Assembly: GCA_028534125.1 (NCBI GenBank)
Contig: CM052832.1
Location: 8,310,001-8,374,000 of the forward strand
Source of the DNA: Lama glama
Taxonomy: Eukaryota
Length of the DNA stretch: 64,000 nt
Reading direction: 5' to 3'
Positions 1 through 13,295 of the stretch are shown here, piece by piece. Both the position numbers and the translations under genes were made by a program. Below the pieces are notes generated by a model that worked only from the letters and a program-made list of their open reading frames with translations, ran no database searches and was not told the DNA's origin. Every line of letters starts with the position of its first letter. The first letter of the stretch is position 1.

Positions 1-894
1 TCCCATCTGTGTTGGGGACACTCCTGCCTATCAGGCACCACCTGACTGAGAGGTGGCTTCCCTCATCCCTGTTGGAGCCAGCTCAGGACCCCTGGGATGG
101 CTATTGGGTCCACAGCCCCCAATTCCCACTTGTCAGCAGGAAGGAGAGACCCAGAGAGGAACAGTGATTTCCCCTCAAACCCACAGCTCAGTTAAGTGTC
201 TGAGTTCAGCCCAAATTGGCCACCCAGTCTGCTCAGAGGCTGTGCCCCCAGGGTCAGGGGTCAGGCAGCTCCTTCCCCAGGAAGGCTCCAGTCCCCTCTA
301 AGTGGAGGGGACCTGCCCCTCACACAGGCCTCAGGCAGGAGCTCAGGCAAGGCGGCAGATTAGCTGTGTCCGAGGGGGTGGGGCCTCGGTGAGGGGGCCA
401 GGAGCTGTAATTCCCTGCTTTCAGTCACGGCTGCTAATTCAGGTCCCCAGGGGCTTGCCGAGTTTGCCCCGCCACCCACCCGCTTCGTCTTCTAATACCT
501 CCCAGCAAAGTCCCTTTGTTCTCCCGCTTGCATAAGGTGGTAGAAGCTGCTGCAGCCTCCTCCCCCATGGCACCCCCCTCATCAATCAGCCCAGAGCCTT
601 TGCTGGTGGCTGTGGCTGCACCTCCAGTCCCTCCCTGGGTCCCCAAGAGCTTTCCACTGGGGAGAGTTAAGGCAGCTAGCTGCTAATAAAGACATACCTC
701 TGAATCTGTCTCCGCCCAACTTTTGGGAGGCCTGGCATTGTACCCCACTGGCCCTCTGTGCAGTCTCAAACAGGGGCTTTTACTCACCTTAGGATGAGGA
801 AGGCTTTGGCTGGCTCAGAGACACGTCCAGCTGTGAGGCACATGTCTTCCGACCTCCCAGGGGCGATCTGGCTGGGGTCCCCACTCCTAGTGAA

Positions 895-1073
895 CAGGCC
901 AGCTCCGTGCTCATGTGTGTTGTGCCCTTGTACAAAGGCTCATGTTTAGAAGGGTCGTACATTTGGTTTCATGCTCTGCTGTCACCATCTTGATTGAAAT
1001 CCTTAATAGTTTGGAACAAGTGGTACAGCATTTTAATTTCGCAGTGAGCCCCACAATTTACGTAGCTGGTCCC
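895..1073. mobile_element. MER91A-like hAT (Tip100) DNA transposon
   Basis: TTGGTTTCATGCTCTGCTGTCACCATCTTGA...GCCCCACAATTTACGTAGCTGGTCC resembles the MER91A consensus. Confidence 0.75.
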
Positions 1074-1114
1074 AACTAGAGTTTTGGAGGAAGTCCAGGA
1101 GGCAGCTAGCCCAG

Positions 1115-1210
1115 GAGCCTGAGGAGACCTGGGTTCTGGTCCCAGCTCAGCCCTGGATGATGTATGAGCTTGGGCAAGTCTTTGTCCTCCTTGAAACTCA
1201 GTTTCCCCAA
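1115..1210 (+). mobile_element. MIR SINE fragment
   Basis: GACCTGGGTTCTGGTCCCAGCTC...TTGGGCAAGTC...CTCAGTTTCCCCA core. Confidence 0.75.
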
Positions 1211-2224
1211 GAGAACATTGACTTGGAATGCTAAACTAGTTTAACTAGTTTGAATACTAAACATACCATGTGGAACTACCCAAAAAGCCAAGTTCAACAA
1301 GAGCCTAAATGAAATAGAGATAGTTAAGAGAAGTGACAGGGAGCGGGCAGAAAAGAAGAAGGGGTCTGTCGGTGTCTGCCCATTTGGGCAGAGCCTGGTG
1401 TGAGGAGCGTGGGAAAGCAGAGCAAGGTGTCTGTTCTGGGCCCTGCAGATGCTCAGGGGCCGGGAAGGCCAAGCAGGGAGAGGGGACAGCTGAGTTGGCC
1501 GTAGGCGTAGAGGGAGGTCAGGCATGGCCCAGATGCCCATGACCCCAGTGGAAGGAACCCTCTGTGGCCAAGCCCTCTCTGAGCCAATGCTCTGATACCA
1601 TCCCTGCCTTTGCTGGTAGTAGGGTGGGCTCGTGCTTAGGGAGACTTAAGGGGTCAGATGTTCAGGTGGTGCTGGCCAGAGCAGCTCCCTTCTCTTTCCA
1701 AGTCTGGAAGGACCTAGAATCTTCCCCAGGACTGTCCCTTCCAGACCCAAAGTGCTCTGGGGCCATATCCAGCCTTTACTGTCTTACTTCCTTTCACTGA
1801 ACACTGTATTAGCCCACATGCTTGAGAAGAGGCCCAAGGGGACACAGTCCCTGCTCCTTGGGAACTGAGGCTGTCCTCGGCCAGGACGAAGGGCAGGGCC
1901 CAGCTTTGCACCTGCTGACACCACCCTAAGGAGTTGACTGACTCCCCCACTGGCTCCAGAGGTAAGGGCTGGGTGTCTGCACAGCACAGGGGCTTCTGGA
2001 GCAGGGACAGATTTGCTTTCCTCCACTTCCCCTCAGGGGTTAGGACAGAGCTCGGCACAGGGAGGGTGGATGGGGGTCCCACTGGGGCACAGGGCTCTCA
2101 GGGCTTACCCTCGAGACACCACATATGGGCCTGCTGTTCCTGCCTCTCAGGAAAGGTAGGCCAGGCCGGCCCCTGAGTGCCAGTCAGAGAGGACCCTACC
2201 CGTCTGGTACACTTCCAGGTCCCA

Positions 2225-2335
2225 GCAAGTACCTGGTATCTAGTAGGTGCCCCTTAATATTTGTTAACCAAATGAATGAATGAATCCATTTTTCAATTTC
2301 GTTGAATGAAATAATGAATTGAATAATGAATGAAG
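2225..2335 (+). mobile_element. L2 LINE 3' tail
   Basis: TACCTGGTATCTAGTAGGTGCC...ATTTGTT...(GAAT)n. Confidence 0.65.
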
Positions 2336-2614
2336 CAGCACCTGGAAACTTCCAAGTCAGCTCCAAGAAGGTGCACCTTGCTCTTACATAGGCCATGGTT
2401 AACCAGAGTTCTTCTGTTCCTGCCTGTGGTTTGCTTTTTGGGGTTGGAGCTGATTCTGAATGAACAAAGAGGGGTGGGTGTGGCCGTTGTCCAGAGTCTG
2501 GGGGAACACTGCCCAATCTCCCAGGGCCTCTAGGTCACAGGAAGTCAGCCTCCCAGAACACCAGGGTAGAAGGTACCCTGGATCATCATCACCAAACTGC
2601 TCGGGCTCAGCCAA

Positions 2615-2740
2615 GGCAACTAAGGCCCAAAGGGGGGAAAGATCTTGCCCTAGGTCACACAGTCACACAGTGAGTTGGTAGGGGAATTAGGACTAGAACC
2701 TAGGACCCCTGACTCCCTGCCCAGAGCTCTTTCTATCCCA
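2615..2740 (-). mobile_element. MIR fragment
   Basis: AACTAAGGCCCA...CTTGCCCTAGGTCACACAG...CTAGAACCTAGG...TGACTCC. Confidence 0.75.
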
Positions 2741-3574
2741 CCAGCGACCTAGCTATGCCAGGCCCAGACGTCGTGAGTCTAGGTTCACCCCAGGTCAGGC
2801 GTGTGGCCTGTGACCCGGGCCCTGGCTGTCCTGAACAGTGGCAGCCTGGCCACCTGCTGGCCAGAATGCTTGCAATTGCCTGGGAAGTGGTAGGTTTACA
2901 GTTTGTTTAGAATCAGACAGCCTTGCACAACTGTGAAGTCTGCAGGAAGCTGGGTAGACCACTCTTTTCTACCGCTGCTCTGGAGCCAGAGAGCCGACAG
3001 GCCACAGGGCACATAGGGCCAATGAACAGATCAGGAAAAACTCAGTGCCCCACTGTTTATGGTGAGGATAGCTCCTCAGGCTCTGTTATCAGACCTAATG
3101 CAGGGAGGGACATCACAAGACAGCTGCTCAGGCAGCAATGGGGATGGTGGCCAGGACCCCAGGCTGAGAGACCAGGCTCTGCTCACCTGCCCGCACCCCC
3201 AACCCAGTTGCTGTCTTGGAATGAGCTCCAGCCACTCCCTCACCTGGGCTGCACTCCTTAACGGTTTCCAGTAAAGGTGCTCTCACTCTCTCACCATCAC
3301 TTGGCCATTAGTATTAGGTTGCTTCCATTCTATAGACAAGGCAGCTGAGTCTCAGGCAGGTTCAGTAGCTTGCCAGACTTCAGTGAGGATCCAAACCCAG
3401 GTCTCTCTGGCTTGGCTGTTTTCTCCATCCCCCACATTTTGCAGATGACTGGCACATGGCACACTGTCCAGTTCTCAAGGCAGCCTGCCTTCCCAGAGTT
3501 TGCTATTCAGAAAGATGCTTGGGACCCACAACCATGGAAAAGATACATTAAGCAATGATGTTAATGACAGTGTC

Positions 3575-4117
3575 AAGTCAGCAGACCTAACTAGCTCATT
3601 CCCTTCTAGCTAGGACCTTCCATGGCTCCCCATTAACCACAGGGTAAGGTCCTAGCTCTCCATACTTTACTGTGGTCTTGCCCCTGTAGTCCTCTCCAGA
3701 CTCAGCTCCATACTCTTCCTGCTTCAGACCTCATAACCTAACCCCGGGGAAGTGACTTCTAAACCAACCCTAGCCATGCTGTGTCCAGTCTCCAGACTTA
3801 CATTCACCTATTCTCTCTGCCTGAAAACCCCAGGCCCCTCCTCCCTTCTCATAATTTGAGATTCAAACAAACCATTACTTCCCTCATGGAGATTTCCTTG
3901 CCTTTCACACGTCCCCCAGGTCTGAATCAGGTGCCCCTCCTATGCCCCTTTAATCCCTTGGCACACTTTTACTGCACTAGAGAGACATGCTCTGCTTCTA
4001 TGCCTGTCCACCTGTCTACATTGTGAACCAGGCCTCTATCTCTGAAGCCCAGGGCTTAGCACTCTATGGATTGCCTAATGAGTGTTCAATAAATGCTTGT
4101 TGAATGAATGAATGAAA
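3575..4117 (+). mobile_element. L2 3' fragment
   Basis: CCTTCCATGGCTCCCCATT... ending TCAATAAATGCTTGTTGAATGAATGAATGAA. Confidence 0.75.
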
Positions 4118-5412
4118 TGGAGCAATGCCCTGGGGAGGTGAGCTTCAGAGGGTGTGGGAGTGTCCAAGGGCTGGGAAAGTCCCAGGCCAGCTGGAGGAGC
4201 TGGGAACCCCATCCCTCCCTGAAAACACTGGCCTGAAACACCTCAGTGAAATTTAACTAGGATAAATGCAAAAACGTCCTGGCGGTATCCAAGGGGGCTG
4301 TGACCAGGTGGCCTGCAGCCCAGCCCAGGGGAATGGAAGGTCACCTCCTGCCCTCCCCACGGAAGGGTCTGCTCTCCCAGGACCAGCCCTGGAGGGTGTG
4401 GCCTCCAGAAGCTCCTGGGACTCACTCTGGCCCTCTCTCCCCCAAGCTCCTGCCCCACAGGCAGGCCCGGAAGTCTATTCACTCTCAGAGGGAAGAATGG
4501 AGGGCTTAAATAAAGAAAGGTTATGTAATCTTCCAGAAGCACACCAATGGCAGTGAGCCGCAGAGCGGGGAGGCATCCCACCCAGCCTCCCTGCCTTCAG
4601 CAAGGTCCTCAAAATGAGTGAGCACTTTAGCGCCAGATTCCTGACCAGGGGGCAGGTGGAAGAGAGAGAAATGTGCCGTGTGCAAAAGCATAATCAATAT
4701 TATGATTGCATATTTGGAAAATAAAAACATACACTCTGTTATTTCCATATACCAACTACAAAGTTCCTGGCAGGTGGAACAACTCAGGGGAGAGTGAGGC
4801 AAAGCATAGGGCCACAGTTTAAACCATGTTGACCTACGCTGCCTGAGTCGTGTTTTTCAGGACGGTTGTTTATAGCAAATTGGTAAGTTATTAATAATAA
4901 TGGCTGTCATGCATTGTTCCCTTCCTTAGCCCTGTACCAAGAGAGGATTTTTTATATGCATTCTTTTACTTTGCCTCATTTAATGTATTAATTATGCTTT
5001 GCTTTACACTCCTATGCTCAAAGCTAATCTTCTGTGTGTTTGCCTGAATTCTCCTACCTTGCCAAGCACATGAAAACGCTTTGGGATGGTTAAACAGCCA
5101 AGTTTTATACAATTCTTGCAACAAGACCAGTATGATTTTAGCTTACTGGTGGTCAGAGTTGAGAGAGAAACTCCCTGACTTCCTTGCAAGGCCTTCTTGG
5201 GTCATCTCTGAAAGTGGTCACACACACCTTTTAACAGAAATCCTTAGCACCCACTCTGCTCATCGAACTGGACAGAAGGTGTTACCAGTGTTTTCCACAA
5301 TCCTTTTTAACCCAATAAGCCTTCTGAGGACAGGTCCCGAAAGTATGATCTTACCACAGCAGCAATTTAAACAAACAAACAAACAAATGAAAAACCAAAA
5401 AACACCACAGCC

Positions 5413-5566
5413 AAATCGCCCCGGGGACTTTATTGAAAGTGCAGATTCCTGGACAGCCCCCAGCACCTTCCTGCTCTAAAGTCCCTGGGGGTGGGGCCCA
5501 GGAATCAGCCTTTTCCCACAAGCTTCCTGGTTGATTCTTCTGTGCACTCAGGTTTGAGAACCTCTG
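5413..5566. mobile_element. MER5-family hAT-Charlie MITE
   Basis: GCAGATTCCTGG...GGGGTGGGGCCCAGGAATC...GGTTTGAGAACCTCTG terminal repeat. Confidence 0.8.
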
Positions 5567-5960
5567 GCCTGAAGTATGGTAGGTATTCAGGAAATGTTTG
5601 CAGAAAGAGCTACTGGTGAATGAGTTTTGAGAGGGCAGTGTAAACAGAAGCGCCATCCTGGAGTTGCTTCCTGACCTTGGCACTGGGCAATGTCACCTCT
5701 GAGCCACTCACTGGACCCTGCCAAGACATCATGCTCCATCCCCATGTTCCTAGCGAAGCTTTCTCTGAACGTGATGAGGCTCCTCACTCTATCTCTAGGG
5801 CCTCCTGCCAGGAGTGGATGGCCAAGGGACCAGTGGATGGCCTCCCCTCCAAACTGCAAACTGTATTCTCTGCTTTCTATGACCAGCTGGGGTCACCTTT
5901 TGTGGCCAAGTCCTATGTTCAGTTCTGATGCAAAACACACACTTACCCCTTAGTGCCCAT

Positions 5961-6232
5961 CAACCCCTAATTCTGGGTATAGACCACTCTATTCTTGAGT
6001 AAACCGTGTCTTTGATCCTAGGTATAGACTGACCCCTAGTCCTGGGTACAACCTGACCCTTAATCCTACCGAGCCAAAATCGAATCCCCCTAGCCCAGGA
6101 AACAGGCTGATCCCAAACCCTGGTCAGAGCCTGAGCCTAAGCCCGGATCTCAGTTCCCATAATCCTAGCCACAGAGTGCCCAAGTCTACAGAGATTCTCC
6201 ATAACCCTGACCACAGACTGACTGACCCCTGG
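5961..6232. repeat. Degenerate ~23-24 bp tandem array (TGACCCCTAAyCCTGrsyACAGAC-like)
   Basis: Unit starts at 5961, 6030, 6054, 6108, 6132 and ~6223. Confidence 0.55.
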
Positions 6233-8419
6233 TGTTGGTCTAGGAGCAGGGGTGGATTGGAAAGTGATGTGCTGCCATTGTAGGCCAGAGAGCCATGGCC
6301 AAAAGAGAGAGATGGGGTCTGACCAGCCAGAGTTTTGACATCTTGTGTCTTCCCTGCCAGAGCTTGGCGGGAACTGAGGGCACTGCAACCTTGTGGCCTT
6401 GGCTAGGCACCAGTCCTCTCTGCCTCCCATTGTTCCTGCTGGCTATCCCTGCCCCAGGGCCCCTGCCCAGCCCCCACCATGTCCACTGGCTCCCTCAGAC
6501 AGAGCCAAACATGAAAGGGAAGATGACTGGCCCCGACCCAGGGCCCAGGAATGTGCAGGTATCATTAGTGGACAGAGGCCTTGCACGTTTTGCCTTGTCT
6601 ACTCCCAACCACTCCCCAGGGCACAAGCAAACGGGATGAGCCCAGAGTATGGTGCCAGGATGGCCAAGTGAACTTTCCAGGTGGGCAGCTGGGGCCTGGT
6701 TTCTCCCCACCTCATATAGGTAGGGGCCGCAGGTGTTTCATGAACAGGGATGGGTTGAGGCAGAACTGTTAGGAGGCTGGTGTCTGGTCCACAAGACTCA
6801 TTTGGCCCTTAAAGGTACCCAACTTTCCAGTCAGGTTTGAAGGCAGATCAGTTTTGGATCTAAAGGAATGGAGATAGAGATTCATCTTGCAGTTCCAGTT
6901 TCAGCGGCCACCCCCTTCTTGGCCACGGGAAGCATTCAGGTGAGCGGGTGACACAACCTTCCCCTCTGGCAGCATCACAGCCTCACTCCGTAAGGAGTCC
7001 CCCAGATCTGAAGGGCAAGCATAAACCTTGACTTTGGGGAACCCCCAGTTTGAAGGAAGACAGAGAAGCCCTAATTCAAGCCAAAACACAGCCCCCTCCT
7101 GTCCCAGTAGGAAAGATGTACGTCCATGGTGCTACTGGCCGACTCAGAGGGAGGACTAAAGTGGGTGAGGGAGACAGATTTATCCAGGCGGACTCCTTGG
7201 ATGACTAGCCCACCCATCACACAGCCATCCACCCTGAACCCTGAGAGCACTCCAGTGACAGGAATGCTCAGGGCCCAGAACATTTCCCTCTGAGCTGCCT
7301 GGTGCCCAGCCGGCTGGAAGCCTTCCTTGCTGGCTCCCCCCAGGGAGGTGAGGAAGGGGGGGGGGGTGCAGAAACAAGCCTCCCAGGCATTCCTCCCGCA
7401 TTCCTGGGACCATGCCCTTCTTCCTCCCTGCCTCAGCCTGGCTATAAACTATTTCAGGCTTGCAAAATCTGGTCTGTTGCTCTCCTGCTCACAGCCCCCA
7501 GCGAGGCAGAAGCCTGGACCCCAGCCAGGAAACCCGCAGCACCCACAGAGCCCAGAGGGTTTCACTCAACTGGGATGGAGGAAACTGGGTGACCTCTTGA
7601 GCCACCAACCATAGGGGTTGGGGAACAGAGAGGGTGGAGTCTGGCCCCTCCACAGGGCAGAGCCCCAGAGCCATGGTCCTCAGAGACTGTGCCCAGGGAA
7701 AAGGGGACAGTGTCAGGAGGACAGGCCAGCATGTGTTTGAGGGTCCAGCAGGGGCTGGTGGCATTCAGAAAGATCATCTCGTATAAGGTTTCCCTCCTCT
7801 CCCCCATCTCCAGGGTCAGGTCATCATCCCCATCTTATAGATGAGAAAACTGAGCCTCCAATCAAGCTCTTCTCTGGGTTTGTGCAGTGTCTCCCCATCT
7901 GACCATATGCATTGTAGAAGCCTGGTCTTCTTTCTCTCCATGCTAGACCCCACTCTCCAGCCCACCCAAATGTCAGTAGATGTCAGTCCTTCCTTCTCCA
8001 CCCCACTCCCCACCCCTGCCCTAGATACCCAGTGCCCAGCCCTCCCGCAGCACCCCATTTGCCCTCTCCTCCCAGGATCCCCCCTCACACTCCCTCCCCT
8101 AACCCTCTGTGGGCTGCTACATTCCTTTCCTCCTCCCTCTAGACACAAGCTACCTGTTTGCACATCTGGTCCCCTCCGTGTCTTGAAGGCTACTCTGGGA
8201 TGTGACTGCTTCTCAAGACTTCTTACCCCCAAGCCCCAGCTCCTCCCTCACCAAGGGAACCTTCCAGAGTCCTGGCCAGGGTACTGAGGCAAGGTGCTCT
8301 CTCTCATCTTAGAATAATGGGCCTGAAGCCATCCTCTCCCTTTGGCAGAAGCCAGATCTGACACCTCTCTGTGTTATCAGGGTCTGGAATGGAGAAGGCC
8401 CACCAGAGATATAGCCAAC

Positions 8420-8815
8420 AGATGAATAAATGAATGAATGAATTCCACAATTCCTTACTGAGCAACTATGTGTTCTAGATGCTGACAATATGGTGATAAA
8501 TAAAATGGGGAAAAATTATTGCTCCTATGGAGCTTTTCTAGTGAGGCAGAGGGGCAGAAGATAAAAAGCATCCTTTATATAAAATGTATTGCTAGGAAGC
8601 AAAATGAAGCTGGGGGTGCTCCAGGAGGGATAGGCTGGGTGTGTATGAAGGATGTTCACCAAAAGGGCACTTTGTGCACACTAAGTCAAAGGAAGACTAT
8701 GGAAGATGCTGGGCAAGGTTCTGACCCTACACTGCCACCAACTGTGGCAAGTCATGCCTCCTCCCTGAGCTTCAGTTTCCTTATGTGTAAAGTGAAACAG
8801 CTGGACTGCAAGGCC
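8420..8815. mobile_element. L2 (minus, ~8440-8700) followed by MIR (plus, ~8711-8815)
   Basis: TTACTGAGCAACTATGTG...CCTATGGAGCTTTTCTAGT; CTGAGCTTCAGTTTCCTTATGTGTAAAGTG. Confidence 0.65.
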
Positions 8816-10406
8816 ATCGAGGTGTGGCCTCAGCTTTGATCTTCCAGGACGTCCACCATATCACACATCTGGGAATGTGATGGGGACATTACAGACAGCT
8901 TAGAAGCAGTTCTGAAGGAGATTGTTCTCTGCCCCATCAATTCCCCAGGCTCCTGTTCTACTGATATCATGAAATCTGCACTTTGAAGAATAGATTTGCA
9001 TTCTAGGTCCCCAAGGTCCTGGGATGACATATCGGACAAATGTCAACAATTAGCACAAATAACCAGATTTGTATTCCGCCTAGAGCAAGGGGAGGGGCCA
9101 GGATCCCCTGGGCTACAAGGAAGGTAGATTTTGCTGGAGTCCTGGGTGCCTGGAAGCCAGCCCTACTTCCTCTCCCCTCTTCTGGTGCCCTCAAGCCCAT
9201 TCTCTAACCCCTACAAATGCCCACATCAACCTCCTCAGGGCTGACTCCTGACAGTGGGACCCACCTTCCATTTGGGGTGGGGGACAACTTCATCTAAACC
9301 CCTAAGTGGAGCTGCCTAACCCTGAGACCAGCCCTTCCCTGCCCCACGAGACTTTAGGGTTTTTAGCAGCCTGAGGGGTCCTGGAGCACCCCTTCCTTTG
9401 AGCACCAGCCCACCACCACCACCCATCCCCTGGGTCAGGCCAGTCTGAGAGGCTCCAAGCTCTAATGCTTCCCAAGACCAGTGAACACTGTGTCGTCCCC
9501 ACTTTGTGGCTGCCAGGCCAGGATTTACGAATCTCACACACATACCCACACGTGCTCTCACCCAGAGTCTTGTGTGTGCTCACACACAAATGCACACTGA
9601 AGCACACAGAGAACTCCCACTAGGGCTAACAGCTTATGAGGAGAAGGAAACTGACCTTCACAGGGAGCTTCACTTTTCCCAGTCGCATCTAACCCTCCTC
9701 CCACCCAAGGAGTGATATTTGAACACTCCCGTTTTACAGAAGAAGAGAGGCTTCAAGTCACACCTTCCCCCAAGGGAATGGCAAACCCGCGAGTCAGGCC
9801 TGACTCTGACCCAGTCTCTGGGAGCCCACTGCCTGACACTCCCACCATGTGCACAGATGGAGGCGCTGTTGCAGAAGGAGTTCAGAGCCAGGAATCCAGA
9901 GCCTCAGGTGCTGAGCCTGGTTCTGCTGCTGCCTCTCCAAGGGACCCTGAGCACCCTTCCCCTCCAAAGGCTTCAGGTCCTCACCTGGGAAATGGGAATC
10001 AGAGCACCTCTCCTTCCTCTGCATGGGATTAAACCAGATGGCCCTTAAAGGGCCCTTCTGATTCCCACATCCAGGGTGCTCTAACGCTAAGCTTGAGCCT
10101 CAGGCCACCCAAGATTGGGCACCTACTCCATGAACCTACCAGGGCCTCCCCGATGGCCTCTTGCCTTGCCTCCCCATTGGGGCAGGGTTAGAGGACACCA
10201 TGCCAGGCAGGACCCTTTCTTCCCTTGGCCCCTGAGCACAGCCCGCTCTGGTGCTGACTTACAGCTTTGCCTGCTGCTGACATCAGCACCCATCTGTTTG
10301 TGGTGGGAAGAGAGGCCTCCTAGGGAAACAGGTTTGCTAAATCTCAGCCAGGAAGGACCTCCCAGCTGGGCTGTTAGAGCAGGTTTGGTAAATACCCTGG
10401 GCAGCC

Positions 10407-10906
10407 NNNNNNNNNNNNNNNNNNNNNNNNNNNNNNNNNNNNNNNNNNNNNNNNNNNNNNNNNNNNNNNNNNNNNNNNNNNNNNNNNNNNNNNNNNNNNN
10501 NNNNNNNNNNNNNNNNNNNNNNNNNNNNNNNNNNNNNNNNNNNNNNNNNNNNNNNNNNNNNNNNNNNNNNNNNNNNNNNNNNNNNNNNNNNNNNNNNNNN
10601 NNNNNNNNNNNNNNNNNNNNNNNNNNNNNNNNNNNNNNNNNNNNNNNNNNNNNNNNNNNNNNNNNNNNNNNNNNNNNNNNNNNNNNNNNNNNNNNNNNNN
10701 NNNNNNNNNNNNNNNNNNNNNNNNNNNNNNNNNNNNNNNNNNNNNNNNNNNNNNNNNNNNNNNNNNNNNNNNNNNNNNNNNNNNNNNNNNNNNNNNNNNN
10801 NNNNNNNNNNNNNNNNNNNNNNNNNNNNNNNNNNNNNNNNNNNNNNNNNNNNNNNNNNNNNNNNNNNNNNNNNNNNNNNNNNNNNNNNNNNNNNNNNNNN
10901 NNNNNN
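10407..10906. other. Assembly gap, exactly 500 N
   Basis: Run of N counted directly. Confidence 0.99.
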
Positions 10907-11419
10907 TGTCCTTCCCAGCAGTGCCTTTTCATATGGCCACCTGCAAATACGCAGAGGATGTGGACACTTCCCTTACTTAATAACCAACTGTCCCAGGATG
11001 GGCTGAGGGGGGCCCAGCTGGATGCAGCAGCATCTCTGACCCATCTGAGCAAGCACTGAGCAGTGTACCTGGCTTGTTCAAACACACATAGCTCAGGTGC
11101 TGAAAAACAATTAAAAGTGATCACAGTGGATCAGCCTCCCTGATCAATCTTACCTGTCTTAAGCTCAGATAAGACTATAGAGGAATCTGTTTCCAAATCT
11201 GTCATTTCTGACAGCAGATATGCTGGAGTCCCCCTTGTAGAGCCAGCTGGGGTCAATGGAGTTCACACTCCAATAATAGAAGAAGAGCTTGCCTGAGCCT
11301 TCATCCAGCCTGATGTGTCTGCAACTTGGCTAGAAATTATTCAGGCAAATCTTAATTAACATTCAGCTGTGGTGTCGGGTGGGGCAGGAGGGGCTCCCTT
11401 TGAGGCTCAAAGTCTGAGT

Positions 11420-11558
11420 TGGAGTCCAAAAAAGACTTGTGTTGGAATTCTGAATCTGCCGTGTAATGGCTGTGCCTCGGTTTCCCCATGTGTAAAATGG
11501 GAATGAGACTATCCCCATATCTGCCTCAGAGGACTGGTTTGAGGGTCGAGTGTGATGA
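11420..11558 (+). mobile_element. MIR fragment
   Basis: TGTGCCTCGGTTTCCCCATGTGTAAAATGGGAATG core. Confidence 0.75.
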
Positions 11559-12088
11559 AGAATTCTTAAGGGCCTTTTTTCAAGCCCAGCTTGACTACAA
11601 GATTGAGCTGAATCCGAATAGTCATCCTAGAACACTGCCAGAAACACTGCACTTACTATCTTGTCTGACCCATGTAATTTTAAGCGTTCTTGTTACATGG
11701 GTCAGTTCCAAAATCAAAATTAAGCTTATTACCGACATTGCAGTTAAAACAGGACAGTGAGTTCCAATGATTTCTTTTATGAAACCACTTACTTATTTTT
11801 ATACTCAGACACTCTCTCCAGCTTTGATCTGTTTTTATCTTTATGGTCTGTTGGAGACAAGATGTTGTATCTGCTCTTCCTCGTGTAAGTCTGGCCATGC
11901 CCTTTGGCCAAAGGCAGCTGGAGTGTGAGCTTGCGACTGTCACTGTCATGGTCACAAGGATCCAAATGTTTCTCAGGACTTGTGCAGCAAGGGAAGCAGA
12001 TGCCTCTCCCACCTGCCCTCCCCCATCTCCCACCAGGCAGGAGGAGGGTCCAAGCTGAACCTGAGGGGGACAGACCAAAGCTTTAGAG

Positions 12089-12245
12089 CAGTGGTTCTCA
12101 AGGAGTGGTCCTGGACCCAGCAGCATGAGCCTCACCCAGGAACTTGTTAGACATGCAAAATTTTGGGGCTCCCCCCTACACGTACTGAATCAAAAACTCT
12201 GACTTCTGCACTTGAGCATGTATCACTCAGGTTTGAAAACCATTG
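12089..12245. mobile_element. MER5A hAT-Charlie MITE (internally deleted)
   Basis: TIRs CAGTGGTTCTCAA...TTGAAAACCATTG; internal GGAACTTGTTAGACATGCAAA. Confidence 0.85.
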
Positions 12246-13295
12246 CATTCAAGAATAGGAACCCTCAACCGCAACACACACAGTCAGTAGGAGCCATCAA
12301 GTCACTTCCAGGTCTGAGGAAGTCATTTTAGGGTGGGAAAGAAAGGAGGGGGGGCATCACAGCACAAGCTTGGGAGCCCAGTCCCTCAGCACTCCTGGAA
12401 GCATACGAGGAGGGGCAGCCTGCTTCTGGAGAGACATCAGAAGTCTTGGGAATTACAGGGCCAAGAGGGAAGTGGTAAAGGAGCAGTGTGCCTGGCTGCT
12501 GCTCAGGCCTCTCACTGGCTGGGGGTCCCAGCAGCTTCCCACAGTTGCCTCTGTTGGCAGGAGCCTCCTCCTTCTTCTGGCTCACCCTGAACTCATTAGT
12601 GATGCTGGCATTCCCAGCTGTGGTTTGGCACCAAGGTCTGGCAACACCCCCAGACCCAGCTCAGGGCTATTTTCCTAATAGGGACCTCACCAGAGGACCT
12701 GAGTTCAGGGTGCTCAGGCCTTGATTGTATAAGGGCCCCCAGCCCACTGCACTGTCACTGTCGCCCACCTCCCTCCCAGCATGCCTGGTGCTGTACCTGG
12801 CCTTGCAGCTACAGTGAAGGAACGCAAAAGCCATGACTCTTCCCCTCCAAGAATCGATCAAGCTATGGTAGAGATCATACTGAAGGCCACTGTTCCCCAA
12901 GTTGTCGACCCTGTGCCCGATCACGCTGAGTTCTTTGTGAACATTATAGGACTTAATGAGACCGTCAACCATGAAACATATACAAACTCAGGACAGGGAG
13001 CTGTGAGCACCAGAGAAGTATGGTTGGCCGGGTATGCAGTTGTCAGAGAGAGGGGATGGCTGAGAACAGGGTAGTGGGGGAGTTTCCTGAAAGGGAAGAG
13101 GCCCAGCACTGATTTGGAGAAACGGCATGTGTAGGGAACAAAATATTATCTTCTCTGTCTCTCTTTGTCTCTGTCTCTACCTCTCTTTAACTTTCCTTCT
13201 TCCCACACATCGAGTCCTCTATAAATGAGCAAGCTCCTTTTATGGCAGACTGTGATCCTGTAGTTAAAACTCTATTAGGACAATGAACTGGAGGC

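Noticed and set aside
4641..4660. CTCF-like TGACCAGGGGGCAG
   Set aside because: Mismatches at the conserved CC of the core; too weak without ChIP data.
10115..11124. 314-aa and 333-aa ORFs
   Set aside because: Their length comes from translating the N gap.
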